From the NCBI GenBank assembly GCA_000826855.1, contig JTLS01000004.1:1-62833 (forward strand): DNA of 62,833 nucleotides. Reading direction: 5' to 3'. The notes below the pieces were generated by a model. The model saw only the letters and a list, made by a program, of their open reading frames with translations. It was not told the DNA's origin and searched no databases. This document shows positions 1 through 10,327 of this stretch, one piece after another. How positions within the stretch are numbered: position 1 is the stretch's first letter; each line of letters opens with the position of its first letter. The DNA comes from Basidioascus undulatus (lineage: Eukaryota). The position numbers and the translations under genes are program-made.

Positions 1-73
1 CGGGAATGGAGCGCGCGCTGGGATGGAGGGATATCATTGCGTCGGAGTCTGGGGGGGGGGGAGGCCTTGGACG

Positions 74-2417
74 TCAGCTCCCCGTTCCGCGCGTGAAGGC
101 AAGACAGGAGAGGAGGGGGAGGTAAGGGCAGCAGCAGCACGCACAGACGGGACACTCGACGGTCAGCTCGACCTCCGACACGCGCACAAAGAACGTCGGG
201 AGCGGGAGCGCAAACCACCGTTCCTTCCTCCGTCCCCCCCTATCTTTCCCTTTCCTTCCCTCTCCGCGCGCGCCGGCGTCCGCTTCCGCAGGCCACTGAA
301 CAGAGTAAAGCAGTTCCACCTCGGCCGCGTCGCCCCCCCACGGGGAGGGCGGGACCGTGACAGCGCACATGAGGTCGTGCTCCTCGCCCTCTCCACTCTT
401 GTCCTGCGTCCAAATGCTGCCCGTCCCCCCGTCCCCCGCAGGCGCAGGCGCGTCGAGATCGAACCATTCCGCCTCGATACGCCTGCCCGCGCGCGTCGCT
501 TCGCGGAGGACGACGCTGGGCCGTGGGTGGTCGGAGGAGGGCGCGGCGAGCCCAATGAGGTGGGGCTTGGGCGCGTCGGACGGCGCGGAGGGCAGGGCCA
601 TGCGCAAGCGGACGTAGGCCGTTTGCGGTGGGGCTGGGGAGCGCTTGCAAGGAGGCGAGGGAGGGGGAAGGGGCATGACGTGGATTGAGACACGCGGGAT
701 GGAGTAATCTTTGTCCTTGGAAGAGGAGGTGGAGGGGAGGGCGGCGTTGGCGGGGGGTGCCCGGGTCGGGGCGTTTGCGCTGGCGTGGGTTGTCGGGGAG
801 GGTGCACTCGCGAAGGGCGCGAGGTTCGACGACGGGTGTGAGACGAGGGCAGGTGGGCGTGCTGCACTGGCGCTGGCGCCAGGGGGGTGCGGGACCAGCA
901 CCGCCCCGTCCCGGAATGCCATCTTCCCCTCTCTTTCGACGCTGCGCTCCGCATCCCCCTCGACGCGCATCGTCCACCCTCCGTTCCCGGCCGCGCCTTC
1001 AGTGGCCCCGCTCGGGAGGCGGACCTCGCGCATCGGGGCTCCGGGGGCGAGCGAGACGTGTGCGGTGTGCTGTGTGGCTGTGGGGAGGCGGAGGACGGGG
1101 AGGACGAGGGGCTCGGTGGGGGAGGAGGGGGCGAGGTGCAGGGTTGCGGTGAGGGAGATGGTGAGGGAGGTGGAGTCGGAATTTGGGGTAGGCAGGGAGG
1201 AGAAGTTCGGCGGCGGCATGAGTTTCCCCATATCGAGTCTGAGCTCGAGCGCACCGCCTCCCTTGGGGGCCCACTCCTCCCACACAGGGGCGCTGTCCCT
1301 CCGCGCGTGGCGGGACGCCCCGGCGGGTGCAGGCGACGCCCTGCGCGAGGGCGTGGGCGAGCGCACTTCGAAGGACATCTCGCCCGGGTCGGCGAGGCCG
1401 TGCAGCGGGGCGGTGGAGAGGAGAGAAGGGCCCGCGGAGCCGGAGGCGGGGAGGGAGAAGCGGCGGCGGGCTAGTGCGGCGGCCGCAGGGGCAGGAGAGG
1501 GGGAGGGGGTGAGAGAGAAGGTGGAGGGGGCAGGGGAGTGCGGGGTAGAGGAGAGTTGGAGACGGGTCTTCACGACCCAGATCGGGTTCGTGGCGGTTGC
1601 GGTGACGATACCGGCGCAGGCGGCGGAGAGGAGGTGGATGAGGGGCGTTTCGACGGAGGAGGTCAGGTGCGAGGCGAGGAGCGGCTTGAGGTTCCCGTAG
1701 GTGAAGAAGTTGATTGATCTGCTCAATCAAGGGAAAGTTTTAGGAGAGGGTCCGGGAAAGAGAGAAGGTAGCAGGGGAAGGGGCGGAAGGGGGAAGGGGG
1801 AAGGGGAGATGGGAAGACGCACCGCGCGGGGATGGCGCCCACCAGCGTCGGGCCGAGGCCCTTAAACAGCGCGCGCGGGGACTCGTTCACGTAGATATTT
1901 CTGTGGAAGGATGTAAGAAAAGGAAGGGGGATGGGGGAGGAGGCAGGAGGGCGCACCGCAGCATCTGCCCCGTCTCGACAAAGTGCCAGAGCACGCCGTG
2001 CACGCCCTTGCGCGCGGTATGGGACGGGCGGTAGAGGTCGGATTGCAGGCGCGTCTTGACGACGTCGAAGGGGGACGTGATGATCGCGCCGGCCATGCCT
2101 CCTAGTCTGTGGGTGGGGTGCAGTGGGTGGGGTCGGCGTCGGGTCGGAGTAGGGAAAGGGGAAGGGGGATGGTGTTAGGAGGGGGAGAAGGGACGGGGGA
2201 TAGGGAGGGGGGAGGGTGAGAAGCCGACGACGGACCCACCGGCCACGAGGTGCTTCCATGGTTGCGGGGCGGTGCGCAGGGGGGTGGGGGAGGATATGGG
2301 CGAGGCGGTGGCGGAGGAAGACATGGCGGATGTTGAGGGTGCGGAGGAAGAGGAAGACGCTATGGAGCTGGTGGACGCCACTGCTCCTGCTGTTGCTGCT
2401 GATGGTGCTGCTGCCAT
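74..2417 (-). CDS. RIM2: Mitochondrial pyrimidine-nucleotide carrier RIM2-like N-terminal half, continuing in frame into an unrelated Pro/Ser-rich protein; 3' end probably outside the window
   Basis: Hand-spliced exons 2417-2236, 2106-1957, 1900-1823 and 1718 to about 150, all GT-AG. Translation gives [34 protein letters not shown]...[45 protein letters not shown]...GIVTATATNPIWVVKTRLQLS, containing two SLC25 Px[DE/W]xx[KR]x[RK] signatures typical of RIM2. Carrier similarity stops near 1555. Confidence 0.8.
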
Positions 2418-2695
2418 TTTATACGTCGCAAAGAATGCGAGCTGATAGGAGACTGAGAGCGAAAAGGCGGCGAGCTGAGCGAGAGGGTGAAGGAAGGCAA
2501 GGCTGAAAGGATCGCAGGCGGATTGATCCGCCGAGTGTCTTCTCCCGCCCCAAAACTTGAGACAGACACCGTATCGCCGATAGCACGCTCTTCTACTAAG
2601 TATCTTTTACTGTTCAAAGAACACTATAGCGCCGATAGCGTCTTCCCCCTCCGAACGGTGTGATGGTCCCTTGCCCTGCTCACTTACTCACAATC
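2418..2695. promoter_or_regulatory. Compact bidirectional promoter region between two mitochondrial-protein genes, with a duplicated CGCCGATAGC motif
   Basis: 278 bp separate the divergent ATGs at 2417 (-) and 2696 (+). The exact 10-mer CGCCGATAGC occurs at 2575-2584 and 2630-2639. The first copy overlaps the palindrome TATCG-C-CGATA at 2572-2582. Confidence 0.5.
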
Positions 2696-3014
2696 ATGGC
2701 CAAGGCCAAGGCAAAGTGCGTGAATCTCCTCAGATTGAAGCAGAGAGGGCGAGGTGGAGACAGAAGGGTATGCTGACCCCCCGCCCCCCAGAACGGTCAT
2801 CGTCCGCCTCGTCTCGACGGCCAAAACGGGCTTCTTCTACACAAAGACCCGCCCCCGCCTCGCGGACAAGCTGTCCTTCATGAAGTATGACCCCGTTGGT
2901 GCGTAAATCCCCCACCTCCTCTGCTCCTTCTTCTCCCGCTCTCCCTTACTGAAAGTGTGATGGGCGCGGCGGACAGTTAAGCGCCATGTGCTTTTTGTGG
3001 AGGGAAAGAAGTAG
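2696..3014 (+). CDS. MRPL39: Mitochondrial ribosomal protein bL33m (L33 family)
   Basis: Exons 2696-2715, 2792-2898 and 2977-3014 splice to [54 protein letters not shown], a classic L33 pattern (vrLvStA.TGffY...KYDP.vk.HVlF.E.K). Not in the ORF track. Confidence 0.95.
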
Positions 3015-4562
3015 CGGGGCGGAATGAAACGGCTTTTCGACGAGGATGCGGGCGTGGGCGTGTGGATGGGATGGGAAGAAGGAGGAGGACTGGGGACTGG
3101 GAACTGACCTGACCGGTTTCGAACGAGTCGAGCGGCGGGCGCCCCTCTCGCACGCCCTTCGCCCGCTCGCATCATCCTCCATCGCTCTCGGTCTCACAAT
3201 AACCATCGAACTCCACGGCCATTCGTCCGCACACTCACTCACTCACACACGACTGATGCTCACACCAGACTAGCTGAGCACTGGGCACCGCACTGAGCCA
3301 TCACCTCTCACTCCCACACGCTCTCGCCCCCTTCACCTCACCGACATCCACCCACCGCACTTGCTCCGCCCCTCCCCGCGTCGCTCCTATCACCCACCCT
3401 GCGCATCTACACCGACGAACCCAATCCAACCCACGCCTGCATCGCCCCCCACCCTCACCCCCTCCCGAGCGAGGCGCGCCGCGTCCTCCCACATCATGTT
3501 CAACCCAATCTAACACGACACCCGACCGATTCGGCTCATATATCTCGCCTTCACGCCCCGTTCTCTGAAGGACGACCACAGCCAATCGCATCAAACGATG
3601 CTTCGGCCGACCCTCGAAACTCGGACCTTTTATCTCATCTCGCTCGTTCTACGCGCTCTACCCCACGTTCGCGCTCTTGCAGCCGACGGGACGACTGGCT
3701 GATGGTGTCCACTGAAACCCGACTCACTCACAATCATTTCCTTTCCATTTTATCCGAACTCACATCACGCTCGGTCCCTCCTTACGTGCACAAGGTGCGC
3801 TTCTCTCGTGGCGCCTGTACGAGAAGAGAGCGACGGACATTCTCCTTCCCTGCTTTGCCACGCCTTCTGGATCCCGACGCACTTCATCTCTTCATCGTTC
3901 TCCTTCCGCGTCCGTCTCCCAAACATCCCGGGGAACTCCCCCTCCTTTCGGCGGACTGACATCTGCGCGGACGAGTGGATAGGTCAAACCGCCTCCTACC
4001 CTCGCCTCCTCGCCTTGCTCCTCAGTGCACGCCCGAATTCACACCGACCCCGCTTTCCTCTCTTTCTCCTGCCGCTTCAATCCACTCCACGCACCCGCCT
4101 ATCTACTCCTCCCTCGCTCTCCCACGTCCCAGCGAGCGAGCGAGCGAGAAACGCCCGACATTGTGCTCGATCAGACCTGACCGTGGTGCCATTTCTCATC
4201 ACCTCGTGACCTCGTGCTCGTCTTCCCCCTTGTTATCTTCAAAGAGGAGCGATCCCCCTCAGCTCACCAGCCCATTGAATCATCATGCTCGATCAAACCC
4301 CAACTTCGGACACTTTCTGTTTACCTCGCTCGTCTTCCTCCCGGCACGCAACGACGCCCAGCTAACCCCACGCAATCAAGACACACTTTCGTCGTGATTC
4401 ATTTCTTCTTGCGCTTTCCCACACGCTAGTGCGGCTGTGGCAGTCGTGGGAGGGAAGGGAGATGTGGCAATCGACCATCGGGAGAGAGAACTCTTCACCT
4501 TGGCATCGCTCTCGCTCTCGGTTTCGAATTAGTCTCTCCGCACTTCCATCTCCTTTCGGCCG

Positions 4563-5117
4563 TCACCTGAACCAGTTGCGCACTCTCGAAAATCCTGGGA
4601 GGCGCCAGCTCCTCTCCGTGGCCGACTGGCATCTCCCACGAGATGGATGGGACCACGACTTGGGGTCCGGCGGGCAGGGGTCGTCGGAGAAGAGTGGCAC
4701 GTGATTTCTACGCAGGGCCTGTCGCCTGCACCGGGAGCTGTCGACGTGGAGGTTGAGCCCATAGACCACACTGACGACGACGAGGCTGAGGTGGTGTTCG
4801 CCTCCCACGCCTTCACCGCATAGCCGAGGGTATCTTTCGGGAGCGCAAATGTTGAAGACGTAGTGATCGCAGTTGCCCTTGTGAATAGCCCAGTCTTGCC
4901 TCTGGCACGCCTCGGAGCAGTATGCCACTGCCTCCAATGCGCATCAGCATTCAGACCTGGAGGAAGGACACAAAGCGCCCCTCCGCACACACCTACCTGC
5001 CTTGCAGTGCCCACAAATGTGGTGCCTCGGCCCGCCAGGTTGCTGCGGCGCGTGGCAGATGTGGCATTATACGCCAGCAGTGCGCGCAAACGAGGGCAGT
5101 TTGTGAGAGTGCGACAT
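4563..5117 (-). pseudogene. MYND-type zinc-finger protein, disrupted
   Basis: MSHSHKLPSFARTAGV*CHICHAPQQPGGPRHHICGHCKA / intron / VAYCSEACQRQDWAIHKGNC gives the full MYND pattern (CxxC..CxxC..YCSxxCQxxDWxxHKxxC). There is an in-frame TAA at 5067-5069 and a probable frameshift downstream. 3' end approximate. Confidence 0.7.
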
Positions 5118-6264
5118 TGCATCGGGTATGCAGAAGGCGTATCGACGGCAGAGTAGTTCTGACTGCGGAGAGCACAGGCAATGATGGACGTCGGGTTCAA
5201 GGGTTGCGGCCAGCCCGGGTGCCACGGCGGTCAACTGCAGTTCGTGCAGCTTGTCGCGGCAGACGGAATACGGAACGGAGCGTTGCGGAGGAGACGTCAG
5301 CCAATGTGGGCCTGGTGGCTCTTTACTGGTCTCACAATACATGAAAGAATAAGCGGCAACATGCAATTGTACTCAAGTAACGTCAGTCCGGCTGTCGTGG
5401 GCCGCACAGCGGATTGGAAGTATTGATGAAGGGCCTCGGACGAAAGCCAAGGCTGACATCTTCTTCCCACCCTCGGACGAGGACTGAGGTTATATCACTC
5501 GAAAGGGGCATCTTAAGGGAGACATGCTGGAGGGAGCATGCTTCGCTCAGCTTGGATACGAAAGCTGAAAGGGCCGCAGAGAAGAGCTTGTCTGGCAGGC
5601 ACCACGTGTATGGGATTATTGAAATCCACGGCCAACGATGTACTTTAATGAAATATTCGGGCTAGAAAATTTGATCGACAAGGCTTGGACCTCCTTTCCG
5701 GTGCGACCTGGTCAAAGCTGCCCGCTGCTAGGTCGACGCGGGTAATCTCTTACCTGCTCGAACTGTGAACAGAAACGTCGGGTCTTTACCGTATTGATAC
5801 CAGCCAGTGTCATAAGATAACTGACTAATTAGTGGATGAGAACACTCGCGCATCTTCGTGCGAAAGGTCCGCCGTTTGCCAACTACGAAGCTTTCACTAT
5901 CCAGCCTGCCATCGTCATTGCAGGCCGCAGCTTCCACCTATAACACCACAAAAAGCCTATCGTTTTCAAATATCTCCGCAAATATGGTTGATTTGAACAT
6001 TCAAATGAGAGGGGTCGCCAATGTTTATTGTCAGGACACAGTCAAAAAAATGAGCCTCGGTGCCAACAACTAGGTTCTGAAGCTCGGCAGATTTTCCCGG
6101 ACTCTTTGCGTATTCCAGCTTCTGTCGTCTGGTCCGCTGACATGGTTTAGTCTTTCAGCGCCCCCGATACCGCGTGGCCTTCATCCGTTTCCGTCGACCT
6201 CTCGCTCCGCCTCTCCCTATCTCCCACTCCATACTTCCCAGCCATTCACTCTACTCCTACGAAA

Positions 6265-7179
6265 ATGTTCGGCTCTGCCCTCCCCTTGCTCTTGATCTCG
6301 GTCCTCCTCGCGGCTGTCAACGCCCAGAAGACAATCCCCATCACCGTCCCCTCTGCGCCTGCGCCGGCTGCGCCGTCCTTGCTCGGGCGCCACTAGTGGT
6401 CGACCGGGCCTGGCGCCAGGTCCTGTACCTCCGCGGATTTGAGGTGGCATTCAACGTCCAGTAAGGATGGATACTCCTACCGAGGGACAGCGGGACTACT
6501 CGCTTTCCGCTGATATCTGCATCTCTTTGTTCACAGGTCCCAGCCCTTCCAGAAGGCTAGCACGTACCGCCTCTCTTTCTCGTACGAGATTGGGGGCATC
6601 GAGCTCGCTCATCAGCAGTGCCCGCCCAAGGAGATCACCATCGTGCCAGGCTCGGGTACGGGGGATGTGAGCCTCTCCGCCAAGTGCGTCTAGCAATCTT
6701 CGTTGCAGCGCGAGGGTCCCGCTGACAGATTTGAGCAACCAATGGCAGGTCCGCATCCGTTGAAGGATATTACAGCAAGCCTTGGCATAGGCACGCTCGT
6801 CTGCTCGGATGAAAAGTGCATTCGCCTCGGGGTCCCATTCCTTGCTGTTCTCCTCAACAGCAAGCATTGGTCTCCTCGTTTCCAGCGTCTCTGTCGATAC
6901 CGCTTCTGCGCTTAAGTCTTGGGGCTGGAATTTCCACCTATAACGAGCGGCCTCGATCAGACTCTGCCTCCCTCCTCGGCTCCTCCTCCCTCCGACTGTC
7001 ATCCCGCCACCCCCGAGCTACACGCCACTCGCTCGGGCAGGAACGACGCTTACCTCGCTCTGGCATCGGTAGCGGGGTGGTACGAAGGCTTCGCTGTGGC
7101 TTGTTCGTTCTTCGTGGCATTGGGGGCGTTGGTGAAGTTAGGGGTGCTGGGACTTCTGAGGCGCGCGCTGCGAGCGTAA
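6265..7179 (+). pseudogene. Degenerate secreted or membrane-anchored protein gene
   Basis: A signal-peptide-like start (MFGSALPLLLISVLLAAVNA-QK) reaches an early TAG. Cys-containing fragments continue in other frames, and there is a hydrophobic C-terminal segment (FAVACSFFVALGALVKLGVLGLLRR) ending at 7179. Confidence 0.3.
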
Positions 7180-7576
7180 AGCTTAAGGGACAGGAGGGAT
7201 ACCTCCCCGGGGAAAAGAGAGCTGCAAACGGGGGTACAGAATCCGGGACTGGAAACGAAGAAGGTCTAGCCAGCAACGAACACTCGCATCAATACAGTCG
7301 CATGTGGTTCTTCCTTTGTCGTTGCTTGAAGTACAAGACCTCATCCGACTGTCATACTGGCTACCAAGCATCCAAGTTTTCGGGAAATATGTATCGAAAG
7401 GCTTGTTGTGACAGCTTGCATCGGTGTACTTCCGCCTACACGCGGCCAGACGTGCGCCTGCATTGCCTTTCGCAGGCAGACGAAACCCACTACTTTTCAC
7501 ACTGTGTTTCTTGACGCTCGACTACCCCGCTGATTTTCGAGTAGTTGGCCGGGGTCCAGGGATACAGTCCACGCTG

Positions 7577-8001
7577 TTACAATACAGTTCGCTCGAACAA
7601 GCTCAACAGCCTCCCCTCAGTCTCGTCGCGGAAAGCCTCGTCCAACACCTCCAGCCGGATCACAACTCCCCATTCATCTTCAAGCTCGTGGGACTGTACG
7701 ACCGCACTGACACCTACTCGGTCTTTGTTCCCGACCGATTCAAGTAACTCGAGGTAGGCGGGCTGGGAGGCGGTGAGGAAGTTGAGGAGGATTGCGCGTG
7801 CGGAAGGGGCGAGGTTCGGATGTACTCTGTTTGACATACGAGAAGATCGAAGGGGTGATCAATTGGAGAGGTTAAGTCTTCTAGGAGCTGATAAGGAGCT
7901 TACGCTCGCACTTGATAACCCGCTGCGAGAAGCATGCTGGCCACGCGCTGTGACAGGCCAGTATGCACGTTCGGGACGAGAATGAGAGGTCTGGTAGACA
8001 T
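7577..8001 (-). CDS. 115-aa protein resembling only the N-terminal part of an extended-SDR/NmrA Rossmann fold, with a degenerate Gly motif
   Basis: Exons 8001-7904 and 7826-7577 (GTAAG...CAG intron, frame preserved) give MSTRPLILVPNVHTGLSQRVASMLLAAGYQVRA-VHPNLAPSARAILLNFL...ERTVL*. Compare ILVTGatG.ig..v...LL..GY.VRa. Confidence 0.5.
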
Positions 8002-8628
8002 GACTAGGGGGTGATTGGCCTGAGGAACGAGTTGTTGTTAATTTGAAAGGTGGCGGAATGAATATGGGCAAGAAGAAAGAAGCGAGCGTCAGGCAGAAAA
8101 CCGGGCTAGAGTCGCGTTTGGTCACGGCGTTTTGACAGCGGTGAGAACGTGGAACGGGACTTTTAACTGACGCCTGAAACGACGATACGGGAGCGAGAAT
8201 TGCTGAGCTTCACTGGCCCGCTGCTGCTTTACAAGTCTACGTACGATAGAAACATTGCATTGATCTCCCGGAGAGCTGTAAGAATCCGAAGACGGGAGCA
8301 ACAGCTCATGCCTCAAAGACATTACCTAGCTGGCGTCAGGACGAAGCAGTAGTGCGTGATTGCGACGCCGCAACTTCAAGTCGGAAGAACGCTCACGAAT
8401 CAGTCAAGGGAGAGCACACGCAGTACAGCATATTGGCTTTTCACGATACAACCACGTCCATGCGTGTTGAGAAGGAGTACAATTCAAAACAGGATAGACC
8501 ATAAGCATTCCAGGAACCAGCCCAGCCGCTGTAACGTCCAGCGTTACCAAACATAACGAAGACGAATGATGCGCTCGGAAGGATAAGAAAAAGAGTGCGA
8601 AGAAAGGCCGCTTGAACGACGCTCAGAC

Positions 8629-10327
8629 CTAGTGGTGGGACGATAGGCGGTGCAGGCGCCGGCGCTGGTGGCTGCGACGGTGGTTGGCAACGCTGCGCCG
8701 GCGCTTGCGGCCGTCGCGGGCGCGGCACGCCGTGGGCTTCGTGCTGGCAGCGCTGGAGGCCGAGGAGGCGGCGGCGGTGGTGCCAGCAGGCGTCTCAGCG
8801 GCCTCGGAGGGCGCCGCGCCGGTGGAGGAGGGAGCGGAAGACGTGGTGGGCGTCGGGGCAGAGGATGACGAGGTGGGCTCGGCAGCCGCGGAAGAAGAGG
8901 ACGGCGCGGTCTCGGCGGAGCTCGACGAGCTGGCGGAGCCGTTCTCGGAGGAGCCCGAAGAAGGGCTCCAGACAGCGGGGCCGGGGACCTGGAAAGAGCT
9001 GGATCCGGAGGAGTAGACCTGTAGAAGGACAGAGAAGGATGTAAGCGCAACGGGTCGAAAGCGATGACAGTCGAATGTCAGAAGACGGACGTTGAAGTTC
9101 GCGAAGTCGCCGCTGGGGTCGTACAGCCTTTTCACGAGGGACAGAATTCAGTCGGCAAGAAAGTAAAGAATGCAGAATGTTCCGGGAGAAAGGTAGAGGC
9201 TACGCACTCGTACGCCTTAGTGCCAGCGGGCAAGCTCACACCACCACCACCGGTGACCTCAATCTGAATGCAGCCGACGTCTGAAATGTGCCCCGACGTC
9301 AGAATCGTCTGAGATAAAAGACGGAGAATTTGGTCCTACAGAGCTGGGGGCCGGTATCGGGAGCGTGGACGGCGGTAATCTGAAGCAACAGGGCAGGTGC
9401 TCAGCGCGAAGAAGTACGATTGAGCCTCAGCGCAGTGCTGCTCACCTCGTTGCGCAACAGGTACTGCCCGTCGGCCAGCTCCTTAGGAACGTTGATGTAC
9501 CACTTCGAGCCATCCTGGATGAGCTTTGCCATACCCCAGAGGCCGGAGCCGCTTGCGGGCTGGTAAGGCTCCGGCTTGCTAGCCATGCGCCCGCGCAGCT
9601 CATCAGAGATGGTCTGGCTGGGGTCGAAGCCGAACCTGTTGAATGAGGATAATGGACAGCATTAGATGCCTTTCATCCCTGAGGCACAATGATTTCTGAA
9701 ATGAAAGACGTACTCCTGGAGCTTCGTCCAGCCCGCCTCGGCGGCGTCGAAGTCGCTGCAGTCCCCGTTGCAGGAAGTGATGTAGTCGATAATGGGGCCC
9801 ATGCTTCACGTCACCCTCTCCCCAGTTAGTTTTCTGTGATGCAAAAGAGGATTCCTTAGATGAGAAGACGTACGCATGAACCCAGGGGTGGTACGCCGAA
9901 AGACCCCCAATACCGTCCAGCTCGGGCGTGGCGCCCTCCCACGCAACCTCGACCGTGCTGCCCGCAGCGACGGTGAGGACGGCGGGGGCGCCGGTGCTGC
10001 CTGAGCCTTCGCAAGACATCTTGGAGGGGTCCCTGAAGTCGCTCGAGCGGACGTAGGCCGGCGACTGGGCGGAGTACATAGTACGGACGGCAGTCTTGGA
10101 GTTCTTCGCATCTTCAGCGTAGTAGATCTAAACAACGGAAAAGGACATTAAAAGGGTTCCTATTAGCTTCGTTCTTCATGAGAGCAGATGAATCGCACGT
10201 TGGGACCCTCGATCGTTTGTCCGTCCGCGGAGACTGAGTGGATCTGACCGTGCGCGTTGACGACGCCAGCGAGGAGGGCAGAGGAAGCCACCAGAGTGGA
10301 CAGGCCAAGGGAGAGAGGAGAGCGCAT
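8629..10327 (-). CDS. AA9 (GH61) lytic polysaccharide monooxygenase with a Ser/Ala/Pro/Thr linker and a basic His/Arg-rich tail
   Basis: The signal peptide is followed by mature His1 (VVNA|HGQI). Motifs: WVHAMGPIIDYITSC, WTKL, DGQYLLRNE-ITAVH, GPQLYVGCIQIEVTG, LYDP and VPGPAVW. Multiple GT-AG introns were checked for frame. Confidence 0.93.

Noticed and set aside
4358..4372. CTAACCC as a possible telomerase RNA template
   Set aside because: Only 7 nt, less than the roughly 1.5 repeats expected, and equally explained as a GCTAAC branch-site word.
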